A stretch of 63,295 bases of DNA, filler included, from Dugesia japonica (lineage: Eukaryota), in NCBI GenBank assembly GCA_001938525.1. It is 6 parts of 6 records of this genome, joined end to end, with 100 filler letters (N's around TTAATTAATTAA, not from the genome) between each part and the next. Parts side by side here need not be neighbours in the genome. Positions count along the whole stretch, not along the records: positions 18,732 to 31,317 come from MQRL01638262.1; positions 31,418 to 41,007 come from MQRL01600050.1; positions 41,108 to 49,886 come from MQRL01597892.1; 3 more parts are not named here. One strand, 5' to 3'. The notes under the pieces are model-generated. The model saw only the letters and a list, made by a program, of their open reading frames with translations, did not search any database and was not told the origin of the DNA. Of this stretch, positions 27,301-41,513 are shown in pieces. Position numbers and translations under genes: made by a program. How positions within the stretch are numbered: position 1 is the stretch's first letter; the number at the start of each line of letters is the position of its first letter.

Positions 27301-28767
27301 AAACTTAGCAGAATTTTAATTTGATCTTCAATTTCGTCAAGGCATTGATCAGGGAAATGATGATGGATTATTAAGAATAAAAAAAAGTTTATGCGCCCAA
27401 TGTTTGACTACACATCACGATACAAAAGGTGAAAAATCTAGAGTTAGAAGAATAACTTTTGCAGAAAGGTCAAATTATGATAAAGAAAAAATCATAAAAA
27501 TAAAGTAATGATCAAATTACCAAAGAGATAATTAAAAATATTAAAGATAAAATTTTTCAAGTTAGTAAAAATTTTAATAAATGTAAATACTTTAAAGATA
27601 TTGATAAATTCGTTATTGAAGATATATTGCTGTTTGCTGATAAGAATACGAGGAATATTGTTTTAGCAGGTAAATCAGTGGTTCATTTAATAAATTACAT
27701 TCATGAAGAATTATGTCACTTGGGAACTAGAAAATTAACTAAATATATTCAAACAACTTATTTTTGGCCTGATNNNNNNNNNNNNNNNNNNNNNNNNNNN
27801 NNNNNNNNNNNNNNNNNNNNNNNNNNNNNNNNNNNNNNNNNNNNNNNNNNNNNNTTTTATTACCTCGAACCGAATTTGGAGAGAACAGATTGTCATTGAT
27901 ATAGCTTATTTTGATGAATCAAAGTTAAAGAAGTATGTTTTAGTCAATATAAATCGATACAGCAAACTTGTTAGCCTGTCAGCCATGGCAAAACAAGACG
28001 AAAAATCTGTAATTGAATCAATAAAAGAGAATCGGATATATAGATTTAGCAAGCCCAAATCTATACCGACAATAGGCAATATATGTGAAGGAAAATTGAT
28101 GAAAGGAATGACTCAGAAATTTCGAATTACCCAAGAATTTTCGTCTCCATACCCACATCAATCAAACGGATTGGCAGAAAAAACAATCTGGACTCTATGT
28201 GATATGGTTGTCACTGCAATAAAAAGTGAATGTGAAGAAGTTAGTTGGGATAAGCAAGTACCTCGAATTCAATTTTCAATTAATGCAACCCAACAAAATT
28301 CAACTGGAGTATCACCGTTTGAAATAATTTATGGAAAAAAATTATGATTTATGGACCACTACTAAATGAAAATACAAGTAGAAGTTAGAGAATTAGTTGA
28401 TAAAAATTTCAAAAATGCGGCACTGAAATTAAATGAATATGAATCAGATAAAAGAGTCAACCGGAATTTATTTGAAGGGAAAGAAGTTCTAGTAAAGGTA
28501 GAACCTCACAATGTAAAGAAAAATGGATACAGATATGAAGGTCTTTTTAAAATATTAAAATTTCTAAGCTCACATCAAGTGCTTTTAATTTTTTCTGGAA
28601 TCCCGAAACCACGAAGGATCGAGTGGCTAAAAAAGACAAATGTTCAAAAGGATTTAGAATGAGGGATGTTAGATATAATATTTAAAAATACTTGTTTAAA
28701 TATTATTGATTTATTTAATTTTTAATAAACTTTCAAAATGTCAACTTTTGGAATCCAAAATCTAACT
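24317..28767 (+). mobile_element. Full-length decayed Ty3/gypsy retrotransposon with 101-bp LTRs
   Basis: Similar LTRs at 24317-24417 and 28667-28767; TSD ATGAT (24312-16, 28768-72); PBS TGGCGACCAC; PPT ...GAGGGA. Order gag (CCHC), protease, RT (KDGSLRMCLDFRKLN, YFDDILIF), RNase H (DTDAS, TDHKAL), integrase (HEELCHLG, HQSNGLAE). Confidence 0.93.
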
Positions 28768-30612
28768 ATGATATTTACTGAATGTATTGGAATTCAAATG
28801 TTAGATGAAGAGATTGGTTTATAAATGAATAAAATAGAAGTTCTAGTGGGTGGTTTGTTTCAAAATAAGATATTTTCATAAGAGAATATAAAAGGAAATT
28901 TGATATTCATTTTTATAACAATAATTTTTGTAAAAATAATTGTTGAACTTAATCATTGTTCGCATTTTATATTTCAATAAAATAAAGAAAAAGCTTCATT
29001 CAAATTTTTGACACTTGTCTTCTTCATCAATGATCACTTTTGATAGATTCAATAGGACAATAGATCTTTGCAACAAAAGATAAAGAATTTTACAAATCCA
29101 AAAAATTGTAATTATTATCAAATTGTTTTGTTTATTCATTGATTTAATTTAATAAAGTTTTTAAATACTACTCATTATCTTAATTATTTATTGATATTAT
29201 CATTTTAATTATTTGTAAAAAATTACCTTCATGCATTATATTAATTAAGTTAGAGTCAGCAAATGAAATTGTTGTTTCTTACCCACGAAATCTAACACAC
29301 ACACACACACATATATATATCTTTTAAGGAATCAGCACTTCAAATTATACACACACTCATATATTCAATTCCAAATTCATCTAATATCAAAAACATATAT
29401 CAATTTACTCTTTCAAAGGTCACTATATAAATATTATGCAGTTCTTAGTCATATCTTACAAAACAAATGCAAGCAAATCAATTGAATCACAAAACAAAAT
29501 TTTCGAGTGAATTAACAATAGATTTCGAAAAAAAGACTCATAATAATTATATGTAAATAATTTAATAAAACTTAATGATTTCATTCTTTTATTTACGTAT
29601 AAGAAATGTAGTAAATCTCAAGAAATGAAAAATTTTAATTTATCAATATAGAAGCTTTTATCAATTTAAGGAATATAACCTAAACTTGAAAATATTTTAT
29701 ATGAGTCACGAACGTTGCTGAAAAAACGGGCCAAAGTAAACCGGGTAAATCATTAGGGGGTATGGTAAAACTCCTTAAATAACCAGCTAATTGCATTATA
29801 AAATCAAGACCATACCCAAACAAATTATCCAGAAATCCAACAATCAAACAAGCTAATAAAGGTCATTCTCCATGTTCCTAGTTTTGAGGAAGGTTTTTGC
29901 AACTTCGTAGATCAATATGTTGAAAGCAGCTTGAAAAGAAGCTGTGCACTTGGATATGTCATGTTACTGGCATAATCATTAAATTTAACTTAAATATTAA
30001 TATTAAATATTGAATGAAACAGTTTTTTTTATATCACCAATAATATTTTTGGTATTGACCTAATAATTTTTAATAATACACAAAGCAGCCTTATTACTTT
30101 CTTTTATTACTTGTTTTACNNNNNNNNNNNNNNNNNNNNNNNNNNNNNNNNNNNNNNNNNTAATTTAGACCTGTCATTCTTTTACAAGGGATTTTTAAAA
30201 ATGTATACCTTTACTGCATATTTTTATTTATTTTATTTAAATTTAACATGCAATTTAACTATTCTGTTATTAACCAATTTTGACAAGAGAAAATTATCAA
30301 AAAATATTATTGACCAATAGATATTTTAAAGTTCTTTTTTCAAAAAAAAATTCAAGACTAAATAAATTAGGACTATAAAAAAGCAAAATTGTTAAAATTT
30401 GATATTGGATTGTTTAAAATAAGATTTTAAAAAATATCTTTTATATCTTAGAAGTTATTTAAAGTACTTGAAGCAAATTTCAATCGATAAAATAATTTCG
30501 TGTTTTGTTTTTCTGATTAAAATTTAATTATAATTAGTGCGGAAAATACGAATTTTCGAAAAATAATTGTTCAACTCTATTTGAAAGAATATTAGCAGAT
30601 TGATTATATCAA

Positions 30613-31198
30613 ATGGTGCTTCTAAAATTTTTTATTAAAATTTTATGTAAATTATCTATTTTTAGAAATTTGGTTTGTATATTAAAGCAAATCTTGAAAA
30701 TGTTACCAATTTGAGACCAGATCGAAATGAATTTCGTTGGTATTTTAAAGTAGTATTTTTTCTGTGGTAAAACTAACCTTTTTTATTTAATAGATAAAAT
30801 GTGGAACATGTAATGAAGTTACTTCTGATTTTATTTATTTTACCGAAAATGTAATAACTTATTAATAAATTAACAAATTAACAAATTATTGGACAGGAAT
30901 GTTTTGAACTAAAAGGCAGTCGTGGTAATGCAAATTTTGTGTATAAGTGTAAGTTTTGTAAATTAGAAAGTAATATAGGTATATTTTTATACGAGTAATT
31001 TAAATGGTATAAAAGTTATTAGATATCATTAAATCTTCAATATCATCTTATAAAATTGAAAATAATGAAAAGTTTCAATTACTTGCAGAATTTGATTGTC
31101 GTGGTATTCAACCGATTGAATTTGAACCAAGACTTTGTTGGTTGGTTGATAGCACATGTTCCAGCACTAAATTTGTTGATGTTAACTTGTCTGAAAAG
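30613..31198 (+). CDS. czib: CXXC-motif zinc-binding protein (C1orf123/DUF866); five exons, last exon lost at the scaffold join
   Basis: Exons 30613-15 (ATG), 30666-30749, 30794-30850, 30897-30978 and 31023-31198, with GT-AG introns of 44-50 nt. Product M-KFGLYIKANLENVTNLRP..FRWYFK-IKCGTCNE..-..KGSRGNANFVYKCKFCK..-..FDCRGIQPIEFEP..VDVNLSEK. The first exon is less certain. Confidence 0.9.
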
Positions 31199-34100
31199 GT
31201 AATTACTAAAATACTCTCAACTATGACTCAAATGTAATTAAAATAATCATATATGCTTTTTAAAATTTTATATAATTCATTAATTAAATTTAAAATTTTT
31301 TAATTAGATGGCTATTTNNNNNNNNNNNNNNNNNNNNNNNNNNNNNNNNNNNNNNNNNNNNTTAATTAATTAANNNNNNNNNNNNNNNNNNNNNNNNNNN
31401 NNNNNNNNNNNNNNNNNAAAAAATTGCAACACTGAAACCTTTAAACCGAAATTATTTAACACATCACTGTAACCAACAGGAACATTTTTGTTAAAAGTTA
31501 ATCAATTACATCATCAAAACCTAATAAAAAATAAAAAATAAAATAAAAAAGAAGAAAAAAAATAAAAGATAAAGAAAAGAAAAAGAAAAAGAAAAAAAAT
31601 TTTATTTCCCGCAAAAAAAAATTTTTAAAATTTGAATTTCCCATCAAAATATTTTTGAAATTTGAACCAAAAACATATGCGCAATAACCACAGAAACAGC
31701 GCGATAACCACCAAAACAGAATCTGATCCGATCAGAAATCCGATAGAAGTTTTTCAATCTAAGAGGATTAGTAACATATACGGTTGATGTGAGCGCAACA
31801 GAGCAGGATCTACTAATCTTACCCTTGTCAACCATGTCTTCCTAGCCGTTCCTCTCATCATCAAGCACTCAAAAAAAATCAATCACCACTTAAAATAAAT
31901 AATCAATCAATAATTAATTAAATCAAAAATCAATAATTTCGAAAATCAATAATCAATAACCGATGATCAATTACCAGTGGAGGGGAGGGGGCCCTCGCGG
32001 TAACTAATCTTATTCTCGTGCACTCACATCTACTTACTTTCATCTTTTATAGTGCGCACAATCTGGATCTCTAAGTAATTAGCAAGTCTCTTCTTGTTAA
32101 GATCATTCAACCACAGTTCACATGTCTCCCTCATACCATCTCTTTGCCTCGTGATCACTTGCAGAGTGCCTTCCTGGATTGCCAGCTGAAGCTGCTTCTT
32201 CTTTAATTTCTTTTTTATATAGAGATTTCCAGTTCTCTTTCTTTCGAGATCATGTCTCGGATCTCGGTCCATTCAATTTAATAATTACTCGAGTCATTGT
32301 AATCGTATATCTTCAACTTCCCGTATTTTCTGTTTAATCTGTTCATTTAGGATTAGTAAAAGTTAATTTACGATTCATTATCACAATACATTAATTAATC
32401 AAAACACGATTATCTGTAAAATTATTAAAGATAAATTTTTCCTCACTTCGGCCTACGGCCCATCAGATTTTCGTTCCCACTACTAGGATCCAAACGAGAG
32501 AAGATCAGATAGTTCCCTCATCACTTCTCATTTGAACCCCTACGGAGTTCTCACAAGAATGTCATTAACAATCCACCTATTTCTAAACATGATCAACGTC
32601 ATTTTATAACCAAATTTGTTGAACTTTAAAATAGAAGTCGTGGTATTAAAATCGATAAAGTTTTAAGGATTTTATATAACAAACAAAATTTAGATGGATG
32701 AAATTCTTTCATTATTATCTTATTAATTTTTTTGCTCTTTCAATCAATAGATTCAGTGTCAGATTATGTTTCGTTCACCCTCCAATTTAACCAATTTATT
32801 TTACAAATTATTTTAATTATTTAATTTAAATTTTTAAAAAATCTGATTTTAATAAATTTTATTTTCAAAACACAAAAATTTAAATCTGCTTTTAAAAATT
32901 ATCTTACAAATTAATTACCACCAATGAAAATTAAAGAGATTTTGAACTCAAGATAAAACGTAGTTCAATAATTTCAATAAGAGAATTATTTTTTACAAAA
33001 ACTTACAGATTATAATAGGTCGTGTAGCAACTATAAAACTTGCCACGTTTTCCAATTTATTATTTATTCAAAACAATCAGTTTCAGACCTTATGTTTATT
33101 AATTAATAATATTAACTTAAAGAGTTTTAAAAATTTTGTAGAACAATTGATTAATAACTAATCATTTAATATAATAAGAATTGTTATCCAATATCAATAA
33201 AAAAATCAAAATTTTGATCAAAGCTTTTATATTAAATGAATTCTAAAAAANNNNNNNNNNNNNNNNNNNNNNNNNNNNNNNNNNNNNNNNNNNNNNNNNN
33301 NNNNNNNNNNNNGTTTATATTTTTAAAATTGTGCATTGCTTTTTTAAAATTATGTTTATATATTTCATAAAATCGTCATTTTTCAAACTTAAAAAAATGG
33401 ATGACTTTTATATTTTTTTATTATATATTAGTTTATAAATTTTAATAATAGACTATCCAAAAACGAGCACACCAAAATGTTTCGAATGAAAAACGAAATT
33501 GTCTAATTGAGATGTATTTTGAAAAATCAAACAATGCGGATGTACATCTGCAATAAGATCTTCATGAAATTGCGACAGAATTTGGCTACAATTTTAAATT
33601 CGGTTATTTCTGCAGTAGTCTTACAATATGTATACAGCGGGGTAGTTAGTGTATGTGCCGCCCAGGGCGAACCTTAAAATTGTCACCCCATATACATTTT
33701 TAAGACAAAATCTGGTCTTTCTTACAATTAATTTAATAACCAATTTTTTCTGTTCCGTCCTTTAATTAATGAACCTTCACGAATGGTTTCCCCGAAATCT
33801 GAATCTAGGTATTGGATCACAGACGCACCTTGATTTACCAGTAAGATGCTTGTGTGATCACTAATTTTGCTTAGCCATTGCTCACACGCATATGATTATC
33901 CAAACATAGTTAATGTTGCTATTTTTTTCCTTGCACCAAATGTACTCGGTAAAGAATATCATTCCTCTAATATGAATTTTCAGTTTAATCTTCTACTGAT
34001 ATTCTCAGTCGAAATTTTATGTCTTTATTACTAATTTAGTAATTAGTTCTTCAAAGTTTTTTCTACATAGAAAACTATTTGGAACTCTATACCCAGCGAA

Positions 34101-34469
34101 CTAAATAAATTTAGACAAATTCAATTTAATTTTCCTCGTTTAATTTAAACATAAATATTCACTGGTGCATAAATGCTCATAGATACACTCTCAAACGAAG
34201 ACTCTTATTGAATATTATAATTTTCAATGAATAATATGACGCATTTTCTTCAGTAATAAACAATCAAGAATTTATGCTTATATCTGCAATGACTTCTTCA
34301 TAATATTTATACATAAAAACTAAGACTAAAAATGCTTGTTATGACAAGATTTACTGACACTATCGAGAGAACTGGTTACAGAACAATCATATAAAGCATG
34401 AAAGATATCATAAGTATTAATTATTCCCTAAAATCAAAGTTTTAATTAAAATTAATACCATGCTCCAAC

Positions 34470-34497
34470 ATTATAATGATTATTATTATTACTATTA

Positions 34498-34533
<36 letters not shown>

Positions 34534-34699
34534 NNNNNNNNNNNNNNNNNNNNNNNNNNNNNNNNNNNNNNNNNNNNNNNNNNNNNNNNNNNNNNNNNNN
34601 NNNNNNNNNNNNNNNNNNNNNNNNNNNNNNNNNNNNNNNNNNNNNNNNNNNNNNNNNNNNNNNNNNNNNNNNNNNNNNNNNNNNNNNNNNNNNNNNNNN

Positions 34700-34753
<54 letters not shown>

Positions 34754-34755
34754 GT
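34470..34755. repeat. (ATT)n microsatellite
   Basis: Long ATT runs flanking a gap; others at 36700-36870, 40040-40215, 40940-41007 and 49815-49886. These explain the poly-I/N/Y ORFs. Confidence 0.95.
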
Positions 34756-35059
34756 TAGATGAGTTTTGAGAATTCAGATTATCAACATCAACATTAAACT
34801 CTGTAAAAAATTTTTCAAACAAAAAGTATATCCAACACTATTTGTGTATTTAAACAAATCAAAATCCCGTGTTTTAATTATCATTTTTCAAATTATTTAA
34901 AATTTATTTTAAGTTATTTTAAAAAAATTTAACTAAATTTTCGTTTATTTCAAAATCCTAATTTTTAATTAATTGTCATTTAAAATTTATAACTAAATTT
35001 TCGATATTTAAAATTTCCATCTCTAATTTAAATCTTTTTTTAAATAAAAGATTTATTTC

Positions 35060-36075
35060 AAAAAAATGATCACCAATCACACAAATATTTTAACCCGCTT
35101 TTCAAAACATACTCACATCCCTCTTTTTTAGAATTTTTTTTGATTTTCTCAATGTTTATTTCGAGACGTTTTCCGTTTATATCTTCCAGAATGTAACGTC
35201 TGTCAGGAACCTTCCTATTGATTTTATAGGGTCCTTCATAACGATCTTGGTTCTTGTTTCTTGTTTTAGCTTTCACTAAGACTTCATCACCGATCTCGAA
35301 TTGTTTTTTGGTTAATATTTCTTCCTCTTATTCTTTGTACACTCTTTGAGTATTTGTTTCATAACATTTCTCTGCTTATTCTCTTTCCAAATACGATTTC
35401 AACAGAGCTTTTCCCGATAGTTTTCTGTTTTGTAGCGTTTAATGTAAATTCTATCTCTGGCAATACATCCGCCTAATCTGAGGTTTTCCTTTCTTTGAAT
35501 GCTGAATTAATTAGATCGCTCATAGTTCTAAACTATCTCTCGATTTTCTCATTTGTGTTATGATGATATGGACTCGAAAACCTGAGGGTAATTCCATGTT
35601 CGGCTACAAAATCTTTCATTGATTTAAACTCAAATGATCTTCCACAATAAACTCGAATTTTTCCCCGACACCCGAGCTTTAATATCCACTTCTCCAATAT
35701 TGTTTTCCGTATGGTTTCTTCATCTTGTCGTGTCATTGGTATCAAGGCTACATGCTCACTGCATTGGTCTATTATAACGAGAACATTTTTTTCTACCTCT
35801 TGTCTCCGGCAGTGTTCCACACACATCTATAAATAAAAGTTCAAACATTTTGGCTGGTGGCGTCTTTTTTGTTTCTTCCTTCGTTTTTGTTGTCAACACT
35901 TTAGCTTTCTGGCATGTTATACAGCTTCAAACAACCTTTTGTACTTTGCTTCACAAATGTTTTGCGTTATAATTATGCTTCATACACGCTGTTACCTTTT
36001 CTGTCCCAGTATGACACAAAAGAAGGTGTATCCTCATTATAATCTCTTCTACTTTATCATCAGGTATCCATCTTA
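35060..36075 (-). mobile_element. Ty3/gypsy integrase remnant with PPT and start of 3' LTR
   Basis: HLLLCHTG zinc finger, SSPYHHNTNEKIER and RYEGPYKI (GPY/F); PPT AAAAAAGAGGGA followed by TGTGAG at 35117. Confidence 0.8.
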
Positions 36076-36139
36076 GAAGGTGTTTACGCAGGGACCCGAC
36101 CAGAAGTCACGCAATCTTCGTCCACGCTTCTTTATATAA

Positions 36140-36600
36140 ACAACAATAGGTGTGAAATTTTACACCTTTGAGGTCAATTTTCACACTTTAATGTAAACAA
36201 TGGAAATTGATATCAATGTGTGAAAATTCACACCTTTAAAATAAACAATGACCGTAGGTGTGAAATTTCACACTTCAGTTGACCTCAATCTATTTTTTTG
36301 TTATAATTAACAAGAAAACATTTCAAACATTATTTATTTTATTAAAAAATTAAAAGCATTGAGCATTATAAAATTCAAATTAATATTTTTATTGTTTTAA
36401 TTAACATGAAAAATTTCACACCTTTTTAATTTTTTATTAAAAATTGAGCGTTACTTTATAAAATACACAATATTATTATTAATATTTATATTATTATTTA
36501 ATTTTGGTTTTTTGAATATGGGAAATTTCACACATTTGGCTTGAACTTTCACATCCAAATCTAAATATTTTTTTATGGCTTAAACTTTCACACCTTAATG
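36140..36600. repeat. Cluster of about ten (A)GGTGTGAAA / TTTCACAC(C)T motifs, often as palindromes
   Basis: For example AGGTGTGAAATTTTACACCT (36148), TGTGTGAAAATTCACACCT (36217), AGGTGTGAAATTTCACACT (36256). Confidence 0.8.
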
Positions 36601-36699
36601 TAACTAACTTTAACTTTTAAAATATTTTCATGAAATGATGAGCCTCGAAATATTTATTTGTTTTTTAATCGTAAAGTTTTATTTTCTCACATAATTCAC

Positions 36700-36754
<55 letters not shown>

Positions 36755-36804
36755 NNNNNNNNNNNNNNNNNNNNNNNNNNNNNNNNNNNNNNNNNNNNNN
36801 NNNN

Positions 36805-36869
<65 letters not shown>

Positions 36870-36899
36870 CAATATCAAGAACCGAAAGAAATATTTATT

Positions 36900-39800
36900 T
36901 ACATGACGACACAGTTTTAAACATTTTTTATAAGCACCATGATCTTCATGATTATAATATTGACAGAAAATATTATCAGGTATATTTAATTGAGGAGAGT
37001 TATAATATAATTCATCAGAGTTTTTAATTGACAATTCGAAGATTTGGGAAAAATTTCTTGAGAGTATTTATTTTCTTTCCATTCACTTGATCATTCACAT
37101 AAAAAAGCGCATTGTTTGGAATTACTTGTAAATCATTGATTATTCTAAATGGATCAACGTTTAAATATTCATCAATCCACATGAGATGATGACGCTAGAG
37201 CCGTAAGTACTCATTAGTTGTTCGAGCAGACTTTTATAAACTACCTATTGATTCCGTGATGGCTAACATGTAATAAAACGGTTGAAGAATATTATCAACA
37301 TCCATTAAACAAAATTCTTTAATTAGATAGTCATCATTATTATTCTGAAAGGCTTCATAATCAATAAAAAACACAGACATTTTAAATATTTATTGATAAT
37401 CACATCAAGATTGTTTATACTGGGTTTTAAGCTATTCAATACAATATTGTTCACATAGAAACGTCAATGGATTCTTGATTCATCTGGAAAATCAATCAAT
37501 CTTACCGCATCATCACGTATGTTTACTTAAATTTTGTTGATGGAAGATGATGATACAAGCAAATACATTGGATTTTCAGGTCCTTCATGCACAACATCAC
37601 CAAATGAATTCTTGTTACTATCAATCCATATACTCCTCAAAAGTGGCACGCGTACATCACCAACCAGAATTAGATTGACTATTGATGACTAAGTGTATAG
37701 TTGCCTGATATCACCATGTAATAACGGTTTATGTAAACCTTTTACTTGTTCTATAGACTTGTAGAACTTTGCAGAAGGAAGACCGAATATTAGCGAATGA
37801 CTCTCGTCAAATGATACATATTCAACATTATCAAGTAATTTAAACATGACCAGTCCAAAATTTGANTCTATAACAAATTCTTTAAATATTTTATGGGATA
37901 ATTTTATAAATAATGTAACCAGATTATCCAGATCCGTAACCATTCAATCACTTTCAAATTCAAAATAATTGATTTTTGTTTTGATTTCAGTAAATTTTAA
38001 TTTAACATCAGTTTTGGCAATATTATCCAACATTTGAGTATCTGATTCGATAAATGAATCCATCGGTTTGTTTTTCATCTTTTGCGAATTAAACCCCAGA
38101 AACCGAGCATCAAACAATGAATTAAACTCTAATTGCATATTGCAATCAGATTTGATAATTATTTTCTTTTCAACATTAATACTGATTTCGCCATTCTTTT
38201 TATTTTTCAATCCAGAAACAACAGGTTTTCCATTTTTAATCTCAACATTTACATTTTCTTCAATTTCTTTTATTTTAGCCTTTCCTTTATCAATAGTATT
38301 AAACTTTAATTTTAAATATATTGATGGAATATTTTCCAGAATCAACTGCTCGTCAGATTCAATAACTGAAACTAATGGCTTTTTATTTTTGGTATTGATT
38401 AATTGAATCCAAAATATTTAGCATCTGATAACGATTTAAACTCCATTTCTACTTGAAAAACTGATTTTAATATTACTTTCTTTTCATAGGAAAATATATA
38501 CAATACTTAATTGAAATTTATCTTCAATTTCCATCACCTGGCTTATTTTAAATTCAATTTTTGAACATTTCCGTACAGTTTGTGGACAATAATTTAAAAC
38601 AAATTCTGTCATGGAAATTTCCCAATAGTTATCTTTTAAATCGATGGCATTCTCATTGTCAACCAAATACTTGCTCGCATTATTATCAGGACTAGTTCTA
38701 GGACAACTATTGCTTGGTAAACCATATAGAAAGTTATTATTGGATTTGAAATGCTTTAATTCACGTAGGCTTTGAATAGCCATGCTATTCAACTAGATAT
38801 TGTTTATATTGTCTTTGACCTTTGGTTTGGAGAATTGATTCGATTTGATATATACTTAATTTTTCAGGCAGCACTTGTGATTCCTGCTCATAAAATTTGC
38901 CTTGAATAATATTACCATCTTCATCACGTATTACATACATGACTGGGATTTGTCTCATATTGATTTCCGATATTTGAAAGACTTCATAACTCTAATTATT
39001 ATCAAAGTTTTTAATGAATAGTGTAGTACTAATTCGGGAAATACGTACATGTTGTCTAATTTTATATTTTGGTTTTGGTTTTTATTGATAAAATATTGTG
39101 TATAATCATCATCGTCTGTAACATAAACTGGTTTATTTCCTCCTTATCCAATACCTCTGTGCTCAGAATGCTTGTATGCATAAATCATTTTTGGTAAAAC
39201 ATGTATCCATTTTTTGTTACCTTTTTTCGTAAAGAACTTGTTTAATCATGTACGTAGTGTTCGATTTAAATCGCTCTACTAGACCAGTCTTGTACTGAGA
39301 CAATACTGAACTGCTCGTGCATATTGACTTAATTTATCAACACATGTTAAAAATTATCGATAATCATTATTTATGCTTGTGTATGGAATCATTTCCATTA
39401 AATGCATTTGCAATAGTCTATTAACCTCAGCAAAAATGTATTTGCGTGTTGGAAACCATTTTCGCCTTTTTTATTCAAACTATACGCTAACTGATTACCT
39501 AACCATTTCTTTGTCTCTTATACCGAAACCTTTGCAGCCGGTGTATCCAACCGGATCCATTAGATTGTATAATAGTTCTTCCATCAACCTGACTACGTGA
39601 AATACAACGACTAATATTTATTGAAATATCTAGAATATTAGAAGGTGCAATACCCATTTATATTGCAATATCAAAACGAATTTAAATTGTTTATAAAGAA
39701 TCAATAATTTTTTTTGTAGCATATCCTGTAGCAGCACCAACTGCGCCGGTTGCAGCCTCTTTACCCAACAAACTTCGAATAGTTAAAAGTGCGGTCCAAA

Positions 39801-39990
39801 CAAATCCATTTCCATTTTGTCCATAATAAACTTGATTCTTGCACTTCTTCTTGTTTTCATTTTGTACGGAAAAATGTCTTTCAAGTATTTGATAAAGCCC
39901 TTAAAATTGCTTTAAAGTATGGAATACTTCGAGAGAATCGTCTCAAACTACCAGCAGCACCATCACCCTTTTGTTTGATGACAACTTTTT
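36900..39990 (-). mobile_element. Decayed Polinton/adintovirus gene block: small Gly/Ala-rich protein, integrase, minor capsid, small conserved ORF
   Basis: Integrase ~38830-39584 (LYNLMDPVGYTG, VERF-NRTLR, KKWIHVLP). Minor capsid/PX ~37400-38790 (FLYGLPSNS..PDNNASKY..IDLKDNYWEISMTE; ILVGDVRVPLLRSI). ORF starting at 37380 MSVFFIDYEAFQ..YLIKEFCL. Many stops. Confidence 0.8.
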
Positions 39991-40057
39991 AAAATCAATT
40001 CATTTTTTGCTTTGTTTTTAATAAGTACTAATTTTGTTAATAATAATAATAATAATG

Positions 40058-40107
<50 letters not shown>

Positions 40108-40157
40108 NNNNNNNNNNNNNNNNNNNNNNNNNNNNNNNNNNNNNNNNNNNNNNNNNN

Positions 40158-40214
<57 letters not shown>

Positions 40215-40760
40215 TGTTAGATGATAGTGTATTACTTGACATTATATAGTGGAGAGATTAATAAAACAATTCTAAATAATAATAAATTATAATAACTAAT
40301 CGTAGTTTATTAATAATTTATTTAATAATAATTATCTATTTATGGAAAAGAAATTATCAATTATTACTAAAAGATTTATTAATTATTTGTCAACGTTCTA
40401 AATTTACAATAAAATAATAAACGTTACAATACGCAAAACAAACAAATATACATATAATATATATATATACATATACATATACATATATATATATACATAT
40501 ATATACATATATACATATAATTCCAATCACAGTACCAAATTAAACTGTTAATAAACTGATAATCACTCCTAGACAATGTGCGACTGATAAGACAACAAAA
40601 ATAGTTCTACAGATAATTCCGATATAAATATAAAGTTTTAATAAATTGATAATTAATTTTCTATATTTGAATTATTTTAACCAGCGGTATTTTATTATTC
40701 ACCTTGTTTTTTAATATTTAAACCACATTATTATTATTAATCTTTCCTCACAATAATAAA

Positions 40761-40794
<34 letters not shown>

Positions 40795-40941
40795 GTAATA
40801 ATGAATAATGATGATGGGAAACCATTTAGACTTTGGACTTTGATCGCTTTTCTAATGGTATTCTATCATAAGATTTGCAAATACAATTCATAAAAAAAAT
40901 TTCATTTGCAAAATATGTGAAAATATTAAAGTAAGAATTTA

Positions 40942-41007
<66 letters not shown>

Positions 41008-41261
41008 NNNNNNNNNNNNNNNNNNNNNNNNNNNNNNNNNNNNNNNNNNNNTTAATTAATTAANNNNNNNNNNNNNNNNNNNNNNNNNNNNNNNNNNNNN
41101 NNNNNNNGTATTTCAGAATTCATTTAAAATAAAAGCTTCGATCAACATTTGTAAAATAACGTATTTAAGTTAATATCTATTATGGACCAAAGACAATTAT
41201 CTCGTTTGTGTTTATTATAATTCATGATTGATGCAAAGCAGATATATTGTTGTATTATTGA

Positions 41262-41513
41262 AGGAGTATCAAACTAATTTGAAAAATTAGTCATTTAATC
41301 GACAGATAAGATTCTAGCGGGCCACATTACATTTACAAAATTTATTAAAATACTATTTTGAAGTAATAAAAATTAAGTTACTAAAAAAAATAAAGTGATA
41401 TTTTATAAAATAAGTTAATTATAGTAATACCTTTTTTAAAAATTAATGTTGAATGGTATTGCACACACGAGCCGCATCAAAGCAAAAGACGAGTCACAAG
41501 TTTGACACCCCTG
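41262..41513. mobile_element. hAT (Charlie-like) MITE
   Basis: AGGAGTATCAAAC ... GCGGGCCACAT ... GAGCCGCAT ... GTTTGACACCCCTG, typical Charlie-type ends. Confidence 0.55.

Noticed and set aside
34442-40242. Poly-I/N/Y/L ORFs
   Set aside because: Translations of (ATT)n microsatellites and N gaps.
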